A DNA stretch of 64,000 nt from an uncultured Chlamydiae bacterium (lineage in GTDB: Bacteria > Chlamydiota > Chlamydiia > Chlamydiales > JAJFMB01), in assembly GCA_963696295.1 (NCBI GenBank), contig CAVOJR010000001.1:2656001-2720000 (forward strand). Direction: 5' to 3'. Position numbers and translations under genes: made by a program. The notes under the pieces were generated by a model. It did no database searches and had not been told where the DNA came from. It worked only from the letters and a program-made list of their open reading frames with translations. Below are positions 9,264-18,391 of the stretch, piece by piece. Position 1 is the stretch's first letter. The number at the start of each line of letters is the position of its first letter.

Positions 9264-11723
9264 CTACCCCGCAATCGCCTGCCTAAAATCATCCATAGTC
9301 ACATGACCAAGCGAATGGCTGCCGGCCTCTTCAAGGCTGATATTCGCTTGATCCAAACGCTCCAATGCGTAGGAGGAAGCTTCTTTGACTATCCCTTCAA
9401 TATCTGCGCCGGAGTAACCTTCAGTTAAGTTGGCTAATTGCTCGAGATTGAAGTCCGGCAGCACATTCGCTTCTTTCAACCCTTTGGTATGAATGGCGAA
9501 AATCTCCTTTCTCCCTTGCAAGCCGGGAAGGGCCAGTTCCAGATGCAGCTCAATCCGTCCCGGACGCAAGAGGGCCTTGTCGATTATATCGGGCCTGTTC
9601 GTCATGATGATCACAAAAATATTATCGAGCTGTTGCAATCCATCGAGTTTGCCCAAAAACTGGTTCACCCAGGAATTGTACCAGGGATGTTCGCTCCCCT
9701 CTTGACGGGTGCCCAAGATCGATTCCGCCTCGTCGATAACCACGACATACATCCCTTCTTTCCCTTTTTTCTTTGCTTCCTCAGCGGATTGGAAGAGAGC
9801 GCGGATCTTCTCTTCAGTAGCCCCAATAAATTTATTGGTCAATTCGGAGGCGTTAAGCAACTGAAACCGCTCTCCTTCCCCGCAGCCAAAAACTTTGCCG
9901 ATATTCCGCGCCAGGGTCGTCTTCCCGGTTCACGGAGGACCGTACAGCATCATCCCCTTGATCGGTTTAAGCCCTCTTTTCTCAAACTCCTTTTTTGAGG
10001 GGCCCCCGCGAGAGGATCACCTTGTGCAAAAGGGTTTTCAATTGCTCTGATATACCCCCGACGACCTCTTCCAGCTTAGTGATATCCATTTGTTCCGCGG
10101 CTTGCGCCAACAAAAGCTGATCGTCCATATCAAACTCTATCTTTGTTTCAGCGGTAATTTCCCCGATAATTCCATACTTTTGTCCAGCAGGCTTTGTCTC
10201 AAAGTCCGTCTTTTTGGCTTCCAGAGTAAGGTTGATTTTCTTGAAGTTAGCATCCAGGCAAGTGATGGAAATCCGCTGATTGCTGAAGATTTTACCTTGC
10301 AAAGCTTTCCTGGCCTCTTTCTCAAGAGCCTTCTTTGAAAAAGTGAATGGCTCCTTGAAAAATCATGCTGACTCGACTTTCAAGGTCAGCTTGAGGACTT
10401 TATACATTGACGAGTCATCGACAATATAAACTTTCTCTTTTTTGCTGCTGACACTAAGATCTGTTGCCTCGAGAATTTGGCCATAGGAATTGGAATTTCC
10501 ATCGCAATCGAGATTTTGGACGCGCAGAAAGAATACGCTCGTGGAGAGCGTCACGGAAATGCCTTGCTTACGCACCAGTTTTTTCTGCAGAAGATACTCC
10601 TTCAGTTCTTTGACCGGGAGCCAGGCTATTTTGTCACCTTTTTTCTCCTCCGGCATCCCTTCAATCTCCATTTCCATGCTTTTGGCTGGGGCTTCTCCTT
10701 TGCATAAGAGGAGATGCATCTGCAAGTTCGGGGCTATTTCTACACTATAATTGGCCCCCCCTTTAAGTTGGTACGATTTGTGATACGCCTTCTTCTCACC
10801 GTTTTTGTTTACATCTAGGACTTTTTGAACTTTGATATCAAGCTCCTTTCCGTGCCATTTTGCGGCAAATACTTCCCTTTTGCAAAAGGGGCCTGCTCTC
10901 AGAGCATTAGAGATTAATTCCCGAATTTCAACCGAATCAATCACTAAAGAGGGCACATAGGGTTTCTGGAAAATTTTGTCGATCTGTTTGGAATTGACCA
11001 AAAGTTTTATCTTCTGATTTTCGTTTATTTCGTAGGTGCGATCATAAATCGCTAAATTCTTTTCCGTTTGGAAATCCAGATCCGTTTCTTCAGTCAAACG
11101 GCAAAAAAGGCCTGAATTAGCCGGCTCCCAATTTGTGAGCTTTGCAAGGAACTTCCATTTCTTGTAAGGGAATACAAGGGTATGCCCCTTTGAGTAAATC
11201 TGCTCATTATTCTTCAGATAAACGCCTGTTTTATTTCATGCAGAGGAAGGGATACTTGCCCCTCTTCGTTATTTTCGAGCAGGGTCAGGCTGAAATGAGC
11301 CTTTGTCGCCAAGGGAAAATCTGCAAAAGCTTTCATCACAGGATTTGCCAAAATAGAACGATTCTGATTAAACATGAAAATGCCTTTTGCGACCTCGTCT
11401 ACCTGGCGCAAAGAGAGCAGAAGGGTGCCCGGGGGGATCGAATCGACCCCTTGAATGGGATAGATGTGATCGGCCAGCCGGATCCATTTGGCTTGACAAT
11501 TAGCGAGGTCTTGAGAGGGCATTCCCACGCAATTTAAATCCCCCCAATCCGATTCAGCCGAGATGGCGATGCGGGCGATTTTTGACACCCCATCTTCCGC
11601 TATTTCCTGTTTGATAGGGTTGACATTGTCATCAAACGAACGTTTCTCACTGACATTCATGCTGTAAGCTCCGAATAAAAAAGATGAAACAATACTCTGC
11701 AAAGCTATTTTTTGCAATGACAA
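9264..11723 (-). pseudogene. Disrupted NSF/Sec18-like (vesicle-fusing) AAA+ ATPase, ~820 codons
   Basis: Four co-oriented fragments can be joined. KGMMLYGPP*TGKTTLARNIGK (TGA at 9930-9932), Walker B VVVIDEAE, VNQFLGKLDGLQQLDN, TNRPDIIDKALLRPGR. Second in-frame TGA at 10363-10365; frameshifts at ~9995 and ~11218. Confidence 0.8.
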
Positions 11724-11740
11724 GCCTTTTATTCAACCAG

Positions 11741-11769
11741 TTGCAAAAAAGGGGGTTTTTGATTACAAT
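11741..11769 (+). promoter_or_regulatory. Sigma70/sigma66-type promoter
   Basis: TTGCAA-17 bp-TACAAT just upstream of the ATG at 11778. Confidence 0.5.
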
Positions 11770-11777
11770 TGTAAACT

Positions 11778-12545
11778 ATGAATCAAAATATTCTAAGCAT
11801 CCTTTGCGATCCAGGCAGCCATCGATCTTTAACTGAACAGAATGGAAGCCTAATCGGAGAAGATCAAGTTTATCCCATTGTTGGAGGCATTCCCATCTTT
11901 TTAAAAGAAGGCGATGTTACCGGCGATAACGAAAAGTATCAAAAGTTTTATGATAAAGTGGGTCGCTTTACGGGTTCTGTATTTTGGTTTATCTGCCGCC
12001 TTTTTCGATGGGATATGGTTTCCCAAAGAAAAAATTTGTTGTCTGATTTGCAGGTGAAACCCGGTGACAGAGTGCTGGAAACATCGATTGGCGCTGGAGC
12101 CAATATTCCCGCGCTCGATCCCCTCGCATGCTATGTTGGAGTCGATATTTCTATGGGCATGCTCAGGGCTTGCCAAAAATATCACCTCCTTCAGCCTTAT
12201 AATTTACAGCTCATTCAGGCTAATGCCGAATTTTTACCGTTTAAAGATGATTCTTTCGATGTGGTTTTTCATTTTGGGGGAATTAATTTTTTTAATGATA
12301 AAAGCCGGGCAATAAGAGAAATGATCCGCGTCGCCAAGCCGGGTGCAATGATTCTGATTGGCGATGAGACTCAAAAGCATGTGGATTCCTGGTATAAAAA
12401 AGTTCCATTCATAAAGCGGTATTTTAAAGATGTAGAACCTGTTGCCATACCGATAGATCTGATTCCCTCAAACATGCATAATCTAAAAGTTGATTATAAA
12501 TGGGATGATTCGATGTATGTCATCACCTTCAATAAACCAGCTTAG
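11778..12545 (+). CDS. Class I SAM-dependent methyltransferase with Trm112-like N-terminus
   Basis: LCDP...YPIVGGIP; RVLETSIGAG, GVDIS, ANAEFLPFKDDSFDVV, RVAKPG. Confidence 0.85.
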   Translation: MNQNILSILCDPGSHRSLTEQNGSLIGEDQVYPIVGGIPIFLKEGDVTGDNEKYQKFYDKVGRFTGSVFWFICRLFRWDMVSQRKNLLSDLQVKPGDRVLETSIGAGANIPALDPLACYVGVDISMGMLRACQKYHLLQPYNLQLIQANAEFLPFKDDSFDVVFHFGGINFFNDKSRAIREMIRVAKPGAMILIGDETQKHVDSWYKKVPFIKRYFKDVEPVAIPIDLIPSNMHNLKVDYKWDDSMYVITFNKPA

Positions 12546-12560
12546 CACCGAGAGGTTTCT

Positions 12561-13499
12561 ATGAATTACGATGTCGTCGTTATCGGGGCCGGGCCGGTCG
12601 GGATAGCTACTGCCTGCTCCATCAAAGCCGTCAACAATTCCATCCAAATTTGCGTGCTTGATAAACTCGCGAGGAGAGAGCGACATCATGAGGTGTTGGT
12701 TAAGGCGGATACCATAGAGAAAATTCAATATGTGCTTAGCGAGGCTCAGAAAAATTATTTCTCTGCCAATGACAATGTGGACCGCTTAATGGGCGTTATC
12801 CGGAACTGGAAGGATCGTGTTATTCCAATAAGCAAAATTGAAGCGGATTTAGCCGGTGAGGCTCGCCGGATGGGTGTTAAAGTCTTGCGCGGTAAAGAGT
12901 ATGAGGTTGGAGAAGCATTGCTGGATTCTGAAGGATTGGAAAGAATTTTTAGCGCAGCCAAAGTGATCATCGGAGCTGACGGCCCGGATAGTGTTGTGCG
13001 TAGAGTGGTTATGCCGGTTGATGTCAAAAAAGGCCATGCGGTCGCACTAAGTTATAAGACAGAAGGAGGGGCATCGCATATTTTGCAAGTTTCTGTGAAA
13101 AAAGAGACATTTGACGCCTTATGCCTGAAGAACTCCTGGACGCTTGAGGAGCTTAGAGCTGAAGAGGAACAGAATATCAAAGAGATTTATCAGCGGCTTC
13201 AAGCTTATACCAATGGCATGAAAGCGAGGATGATACAATGTTTGGAAGAGAAAGTGTCTACGCTGGAGATGAGCATTTTTCGCAGTGAGCCCTGCGCTAT
13301 GTTTTACCGGGGCAAGTGGGTGCTCCTTGTCGGGGATGCGGAATCAAGGGCGGCCTTGGGAAATGGATTTAGTAAAGGATTAAGAGGGGCTGCCGCATGC
13401 GCTAACACTGTAACCACTTTTTTTTCACCAAATTATGTGGATGAGACCCTTTTCAAAGAGCACAAGCAAATCATGAAGCGCATTTTCGAGGAATCATAA
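12561..13499 (+). CDS. FAD-dependent oxidoreductase/monooxygenase-like protein
   Basis: DVVVIGAGPVG, IIGADG, VLLVGDA. Confidence 0.75.
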   Translation: MNYDVVVIGAGPVGIATACSIKAVNNSIQICVLDKLARRERHHEVLVKADTIEKIQYVLSEAQKNYFSANDNVDRLMGVIRNWKDRVIPISKIEADLAGEARRMGVKVLRGKEYEVGEALLDSEGLERIFSAAKVIIGADGPDSVVRRVVMPVDVKKGHAVALSYKTEGGASHILQVSVKKETFDALCLKNSWTLEELRAEEEQNIKEIYQRLQAYTNGMKARMIQCLEEKVSTLEMSIFRSEPCAMFYRGKWVLLVGDAESRAALGNGFSKGLRGAAACANTVTTFFSPNYVDETLFKEHKQIMKRIFEES

Positions 13500-13557
13500 G
13501 GCTTGAGAAATTTTTAATGAACGGTTATTTTAGCAGGACATATTTTTAGGTGTATCT

Positions 13558-14004
13558 ATGAGAATTCTATTATTTTTAGTATTAACATCTCCTCTTGCCG
13601 CTGTCCTGACGCCCGCTCTTAAGACAGAATTGGTCCAGGAAGCCGCTTTGGCCCGGAAGAATGCTTACGCCCCCTATTCCCAATACCTGGTTGGCGCGGC
13701 TCTTTTGACAAAATCGGGAAAAATCTACAAGGGCTGCAATGTGGAAAATGCCTCTTACGGCCTGTGCAATTGCGCAGAGCGGACGGCTATTTTTAAAGCC
13801 GTTTCCGAAGGGGAAACGGATTTTGCAGCTATTGCTCTTGTCACAAGAGATGGAGGGATGCCTTGCGGCGCCTGCCGGCAAGTGTTGAATGAATTCGGAC
13901 CCAAAATGGTTGTGCTTGCAGCCGATGAACATGGAGTGATTCATCGGGAATACACGTTGGATCAGCTTTTACCAAACTCTTTTGGCCCTGCCAATTTGGA
14001 TTAA
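13558..14004 (+). CDS. cdd: Cytidine deaminase
   Basis: AYAPYS..VGAA, GCNVENASYG..CAERTA, PCGACRQ. Confidence 0.95.
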   Translation: MRILLFLVLTSPLAAVLTPALKTELVQEAALARKNAYAPYSQYLVGAALLTKSGKIYKGCNVENASYGLCNCAERTAIFKAVSEGETDFAAIALVTRDGGMPCGACRQVLNEFGPKMVVLAADEHGVIHREYTLDQLLPNSFGPANLD

Positions 14005-14005
14005 T

Positions 14006-14626
14006 ATGGTTCAAATTGCGGCCACCTCAGATTTTCACGGTGAGCTTCCGGAGATACCTGATTGCGATTTGCTGCTGCTCGCGGGCGATATGTGCCCGGA
14101 TGGGCCCCCATTGATGCAGGCGAAATGGCTCGATGGGCCTTTCCGGAACTGGTTAGAGACTATCCCTGCCAAAGAGGTGGTGATGGTGGCGGGAAACCAC
14201 GATCTGATCTATGAGAAGGACAAGAATTTGGTGCCTAAAGGCTTAAGATGCCATTATTTGGAAGACAGCTCGGTGGAATTGTACGGATTGACCATCTACG
14301 GCACTCCCTGGCAGCTCCCCTTTTGGGGTTCGTTTAACCTCAATGAGGAGGCCCTGGCAGAAAAATATCGCCTGATTCCCCCTAAAGTGGATATTTTGAT
14401 CAGCCATTCCCCTCCTTACTGTATTGCAGATCTGGTTGAAGAATCCATTCACACAGGGTCTGTTTCCTTAAGGAAGAAAGTGTTTGAAGTCAAACCCAAG
14501 TTCTTTGTCTGCGGCCATATCCACTCGGCTTTTGGGGTATACAAGATCAATGATATCGTATTTGCCAATGTGAGCCTGCTGAATGACGATATGATAGCCG
14601 CCAATCCGCCCGTCGTTCTAGCTTGA
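14006..14626 (+). CDS. Metallophosphoesterase (calcineurin-like)
   Basis: SDFHG, AGD, AGNHD, SHSPP, CGHIH. Confidence 0.9.
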   Translation: MVQIAATSDFHGELPEIPDCDLLLLAGDMCPDGPPLMQAKWLDGPFRNWLETIPAKEVVMVAGNHDLIYEKDKNLVPKGLRCHYLEDSSVELYGLTIYGTPWQLPFWGSFNLNEEALAEKYRLIPPKVDILISHSPPYCIADLVEESIHTGSVSLRKKVFEVKPKFFVCGHIHSAFGVYKINDIVFANVSLLNDDMIAANPPVVLA

Positions 14627-15661
14627 AACGGAAAAGCATTTTTCGGCATTTTCGAGGATGCGGTTAATGGTATCGGGATTAACCTTCAGTTCATCCTCGC
14701 CAAACTCGTAGACGCCGCCTAAAATAAGCCGGTCGTTCCAGGGATAGATGAAAACAAAATAATTATTGTCAACTTCTTGAAAGAACAAATAGTCAATCTC
14801 CTCCTGGTGTTTGAAATAGATTATTTGTCCGCGCGCCGGAATGAATTCCTGATCCTGGAAAAGATTCATCGAACCTATGCTGAGGCAATTTATGATAGTA
14901 GGCTCTTCCAGGTTGAGGATCTCTTCCAGATTTTCAAAATGGCATTGCTGCCAGATGACTCCCTTATCTTTGACTTTGGCGTTCAAGTCTTCAAGAAAGA
15001 ATTTCCCGTTCAATCCCACCTCGTAGACTCTTTGGCAATTTTTAATCGTTCCATTATCGAAGTGGAGGATGACTTCGTCCCCTGCTTTTTTTTGTCTACA
15101 GCTATAAGCGGTGATGAGCTTCACGCCGGCAAACTCAGGCGTATCGGTTGTGCTTTTCAGAAAACGGATTTCCGAAGTTTCCAGCAACTGTTGATGCAGC
15201 TTTTTCTTCTCTTCAGGAAGATCTTTTGGCAAGGAAAGGGGGCTCCAGATCCCGGCGGCAACATTTGAGGTCAGATAGGGATTCCAGTTATCGGCATAAA
15301 GATGCACATCATAGCCTTGCTCTAAGAGATCGTAAGCCGCGGCCAATCCAACCACACCCGCCCCCAATACGGCTACACTTTTGGATGAGGGCTTTTCCTG
15401 ATTCAATAGGTCAAGCACTTGTTCTGCGCCGCCAAAGGCGAGAGTCAGCCCCGATCCTCCATAGCCATAATTATGTATAATCAGCTTATCCTGAATCTTT
15501 TCCGCTTCTATACGGACTCCGCTCTTTCTAAACGGGCGGATCCCCACATTGGTTCCGATGATATTATCCCGGGATATGTTCGGCGTTTTGAGAAATACAT
15601 GCTCGGCGCTGAAAAGCGAGAAACAAAAAAGAGAGGCGAAACAAATCCGGTAAAACATCAA
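14618..15661 (-). CDS. D-amino-acid oxidase-like flavoprotein, circularly permuted
   Basis: GIRPFR...IHNYGYGGSGLT lies before the Rossmann motif VAVLGAGVVG; also TSNVAAG and PARGQ. Confidence 0.8.
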   Translation of the reverse strand: MMFYRICFASLFCFSLFSAEHVFLKTPNISRDNIIGTNVGIRPFRKSGVRIEAEKIQDKLIIHNYGYGGSGLTLAFGGAEQVLDLLNQEKPSSKSVAVLGAGVVGLAAAYDLLEQGYDVHLYADNWNPYLTSNVAAGIWSPLSLPKDLPEEKKKLHQQLLETSEIRFLKSTTDTPEFAGVKLITAYSCRQKKAGDEVILHFDNGTIKNCQRVYEVGLNGKFFLEDLNAKVKDKGVIWQQCHFENLEEILNLEEPTIINCLSIGSMNLFQDQEFIPARGQIIYFKHQEEIDYLFFQEVDNNYFVFIYPWNDRLILGGVYEFGEDELKVNPDTINRILENAEKCFSVSS

Positions 15662-15945
15662 AGACTCCTTCAGGGATTATTTTCAGAGAACTTTACGCCT
15701 GATTGCCATTTTCATTCAAATGCTTTTTAACAAAGGCGCGGTCGTATTTCAGCGAAGGATTTTCAGAGCTGTTTTTACCTTATTGCCAATCCGGAAATTT
15801 TCAGCTGTTCGTAATAACAAATATACCCAACCAACTCTTCAAGTTTTAGCGGCAGTTTGTGCTACTTAGAGACATGATATTTTTCTGCTAATATCATAAC
15901 GGATTGAACTCATAAATTTATTAGTCAATTGGCTGAATTCCAAGG

Positions 15946-16458
15946 CTATACTTTAGGTAATTTAGAAATGTAATAAACCAAAGCCAATAGATTTACTCCT
16001 ACCAATCCTGCCAATGCCAGCTTTCGGTAAGTTTTCGATGAAGAAGAACCGGCTGCAGGCTTAAATGAAACAGCCCGTTGAACGGAAGCGGCAAGGGCTT
16101 TAAGGGTGGCTCCGGCAGAGTCTAGACCGTTCATGATGTTGGTGTAGATTCTACTTCTTAAGCTTTTTTTATTATCATCAGGAATGCTGTTATTGTTGTT
16201 ACTGTTGTTGGCGTGGTCATAATTATTATTGTTGGCGTGGTCACAATTATTATTGTTGGCGTGGTCACAATTATTATTGTTGGCGTGGTCACAATTATTA
16301 TTGTTGTTTTTGCCTGTGTAGTGTCCGTCCTCTAGATTATTGTTGTTGTAAAAACCTGTGTCCTGCCCTTTTTGCTTTTTTACGAGAAGCTTCTCATGAT
16401 AATGTCCCGCCGCTTGCTGGTTTTCAAAACGCGCGACTTTTGATGTAACGTTACCCAT
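15946..16458 (-). CDS. Asn-rich repeat protein with C-terminal transmembrane helix
   Basis: Starts MGNVTSK; (CDHANNNN) repeats; C-terminal LALAGLVGVNLLALVYYI; GGAAGGG RBS. Confidence 0.7.
   Translation of the reverse strand: MGNVTSKVARFENQQAAGHYHEKLLVKKQKGQDTGFYNNNNLEDGHYTGKNNNNNCDHANNNNCDHANNNNCDHANNNNYDHANNSNNNNSIPDDNKKSLRSRIYTNIMNGLDSAGATLKALAASVQRAVSFKPAAGSSSSKTYRKLALAGLVGVNLLALVYYISKLPKV
16206..16302 (-). repeat. 24-bp tandem repeat, four copies (coding CDHANNNN)
   Basis: TGTTGGCGTGGTCACAATTATTAT units on the + strand. Confidence 0.9.
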
Positions 16459-16547
16459 AAACCCTTCCTTTTTATTATTATTAATATGTTGTCATTATAT
16501 TAATAAATTTTAAATTTTATATTAAACTTATATTAAGATTGTGTAAA

Positions 16548-17153
16548 TTATTTGATATAATTATAGATACTCGCACGGGAGGTGCTTAATTTTTGAGCGA
16601 TGAAAGGAGCCGCGTTTTTATAATTGAATATCCCTTTGCGATAAAGATGCTGCACCAGCTCTTTTTTTTGATCCCGGTTGAGGCGGCTGAGCAGCAAGCG
16701 GTTTTCCTCCAGGTATTGCTGGATCAGGGCGGTCGCCTGGCTTTCCAGCTGGCCGCCAAAGAGTTCTATGGGATTTTCCGCGCCTTCTTTAATACCCAGG
16801 AACAATTCCAACAAACGGTGCCCCTCTTGAAAGGCGCTGACATCCACATTGATGCAGATCAAGCCGACCGGCTTTCCCTTTTCATTTCTTATTGTGATCG
16901 AAGTGCACTTGAGAGGACGCCCGTCATGGTTTTGTTTGTAGTAGGGTGTAAAATAGGCGGGAAACTCCTCGGCGCTGATTTTCAGTTCTTTTAGCGGCGA
17001 GGCCTCTCCCACTTTCCTTTGCGAAATAGGATGGTAGAGGGCCACAATTTCCCCTTTTTCCAGATCGTGGACGGCGGCTTCAGCGAAGGGATGAAAAAGC
17101 TCCACAATCGCTTTTAACATGGGTTCATACTGGGAGAAGTGAGATTTTTCCAT
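16548..17153 (-). CDS. YheO/DauR-like PAS + HTH transcriptional regulator
   Basis: EAAVHDL, DGRPLKCTSITIR..GLICINVD, KKELVQHLYRKGIF..SRASIYNY. Confidence 0.9.
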   Translation of the reverse strand: MEKSHFSQYEPMLKAIVELFHPFAEAAVHDLEKGEIVALYHPISQRKVGEASPLKELKISAEEFPAYFTPYYKQNHDGRPLKCTSITIRNEKGKPVGLICINVDVSAFQEGHRLLELFLGIKEGAENPIELFGGQLESQATALIQQYLEENRLLLSRLNRDQKKELVQHLYRKGIFNYKNAAPFIAQKLSTSRASIYNYIK

Positions 17154-17199
17154 AAGCCTCTATTTTACAAAAACATTGGATAATTGTACACTTGGGAAT

Positions 17200-18372
17200 A
17201 TGGATGTAGAAAGAGCGCGAAGAGAAACACCCGGCTGCCGGCACGTTTTGCACTTCAATAATGCCGGAGCCGCCCTGATCCCTCAACCTGTCCTGGAGGC
17301 TGTCACCCAATATCAGCTGCTCGAGGCAGAAAGAGGGGGTTATGAAGCCGCGGCCATCGAAGAGGCGAAAATCAAAAACTTCTATCAGGCGGCGGCCAAA
17401 CTGCTGAACGCTCAGCCAAATGAGATCGCCTTTCTGGAAAATGCCACACGCGCCTGGGACATGGCTTTTTATAGCCTGGAATTTAAGCCGGGCGACCGGA
17501 TCTTGACCGCGCAAGCGGAGTATGCCAGCAATTACATCGCCTTTTTGCAGGTGGCGAAGCGCACCGGAGCGGAAATTGGGGTCATACCCAATGATGAGCA
17601 GGGGCAGCTTTCTCTATCCGCTTTGGAAAAGAGTATTGACGCCAGGGTTAAGCTGATTGCGATCACGCATGTGCCTACCCAAGGCGGTTTGATCAACCCG
17701 GCTGAAGAAGTGGGAAAAATAGCCAATCAGGCCGGCATTTTTTATCTGCTCGATGCCACTCAATCGACGGGGCAGCTTCCCATTGATGTCAAAAAGATCG
17801 GCTGCGATGCGCTTTGCGCCACCGGGCGAAAATATCTCCGGGGACCGCGCGGAACGGGATTTTTGTATGTGAAGCAAAGCGTGCTTGAAAACATGGAACC
17901 CCCTTTTTTGGACCTGCATGCCGCCCAATGGACGGAGAAGAACGCCTACACCATTATGCCGGATGGACGGCGGTTTGAAACCTGGGAGACGAGCTATGCT
18001 AATAAAATCGGGCTCGCCGCCGCTATCGATTACGCCCTATCCTTCGGCATTGAGGCTATTTGGGCCCGCATCCAGCACCTCGCCGCTGAGCTTCGCGCCA
18101 GGCTTTCAGCCGTACGGGGAGTTACATTGAGGGATTTGGGACGGCATAAGTGCGGCATCGTGACCTTCACTCTGGATGGGTGGGACCCGAAGGAGCTTTG
18201 TCTCGCGTTGCGAAAAAGAGATATCAACGTGTCGGTGTCATGGCAGGAATACGCGAAATTGGACTTTGAGGCGCGCGGCCTTTCCAAGCTGGTGCGAGCC
18301 TCCGTCCATTATTATAACACTCTCGAGGAAATTGAGCGGTTTTGCCAATTTTTATTGACAAATGCCCCTTAA
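17200..18372 (+). CDS. Class V PLP-dependent aminotransferase (cysteine desulfurase-like)
   Basis: HFNNAGAA, LDATQS, TGRKYLRGPRGTG, VRASVHYYN. Confidence 0.9.
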   Translation: MDVERARRETPGCRHVLHFNNAGAALIPQPVLEAVTQYQLLEAERGGYEAAAIEEAKIKNFYQAAAKLLNAQPNEIAFLENATRAWDMAFYSLEFKPGDRILTAQAEYASNYIAFLQVAKRTGAEIGVIPNDEQGQLSLSALEKSIDARVKLIAITHVPTQGGLINPAEEVGKIANQAGIFYLLDATQSTGQLPIDVKKIGCDALCATGRKYLRGPRGTGFLYVKQSVLENMEPPFLDLHAAQWTEKNAYTIMPDGRRFETWETSYANKIGLAAAIDYALSFGIEAIWARIQHLAAELRARLSAVRGVTLRDLGRHKCGIVTFTLDGWDPKELCLALRKRDINVSVSWQEYAKLDFEARGLSKLVRASVHYYNTLEEIERFCQFLLTNAP

Positions 18373-18391
18373 ATTTTAACAATCGTGAGAT

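Noticed and set aside
9930..10365. In-frame TGA at a conserved Gly of Walker A, plus a second in-frame TGA, suggesting TGA=Gly recoding (code 25)
   Set aside because: nuoA, nuoD, nuoE, nuoF and others end at TGA at the expected positions, and the same gene also has frameshifts. Simple decay explains it better.
5875..11723. Frameshifts as general long-read sequencing error
   Set aside because: The 13.6-kb nuo operon and other housekeeping genes are intact, and the lesions cluster in accessory genes and include nonsense substitutions. The single shift at ~52935 remains unresolved.
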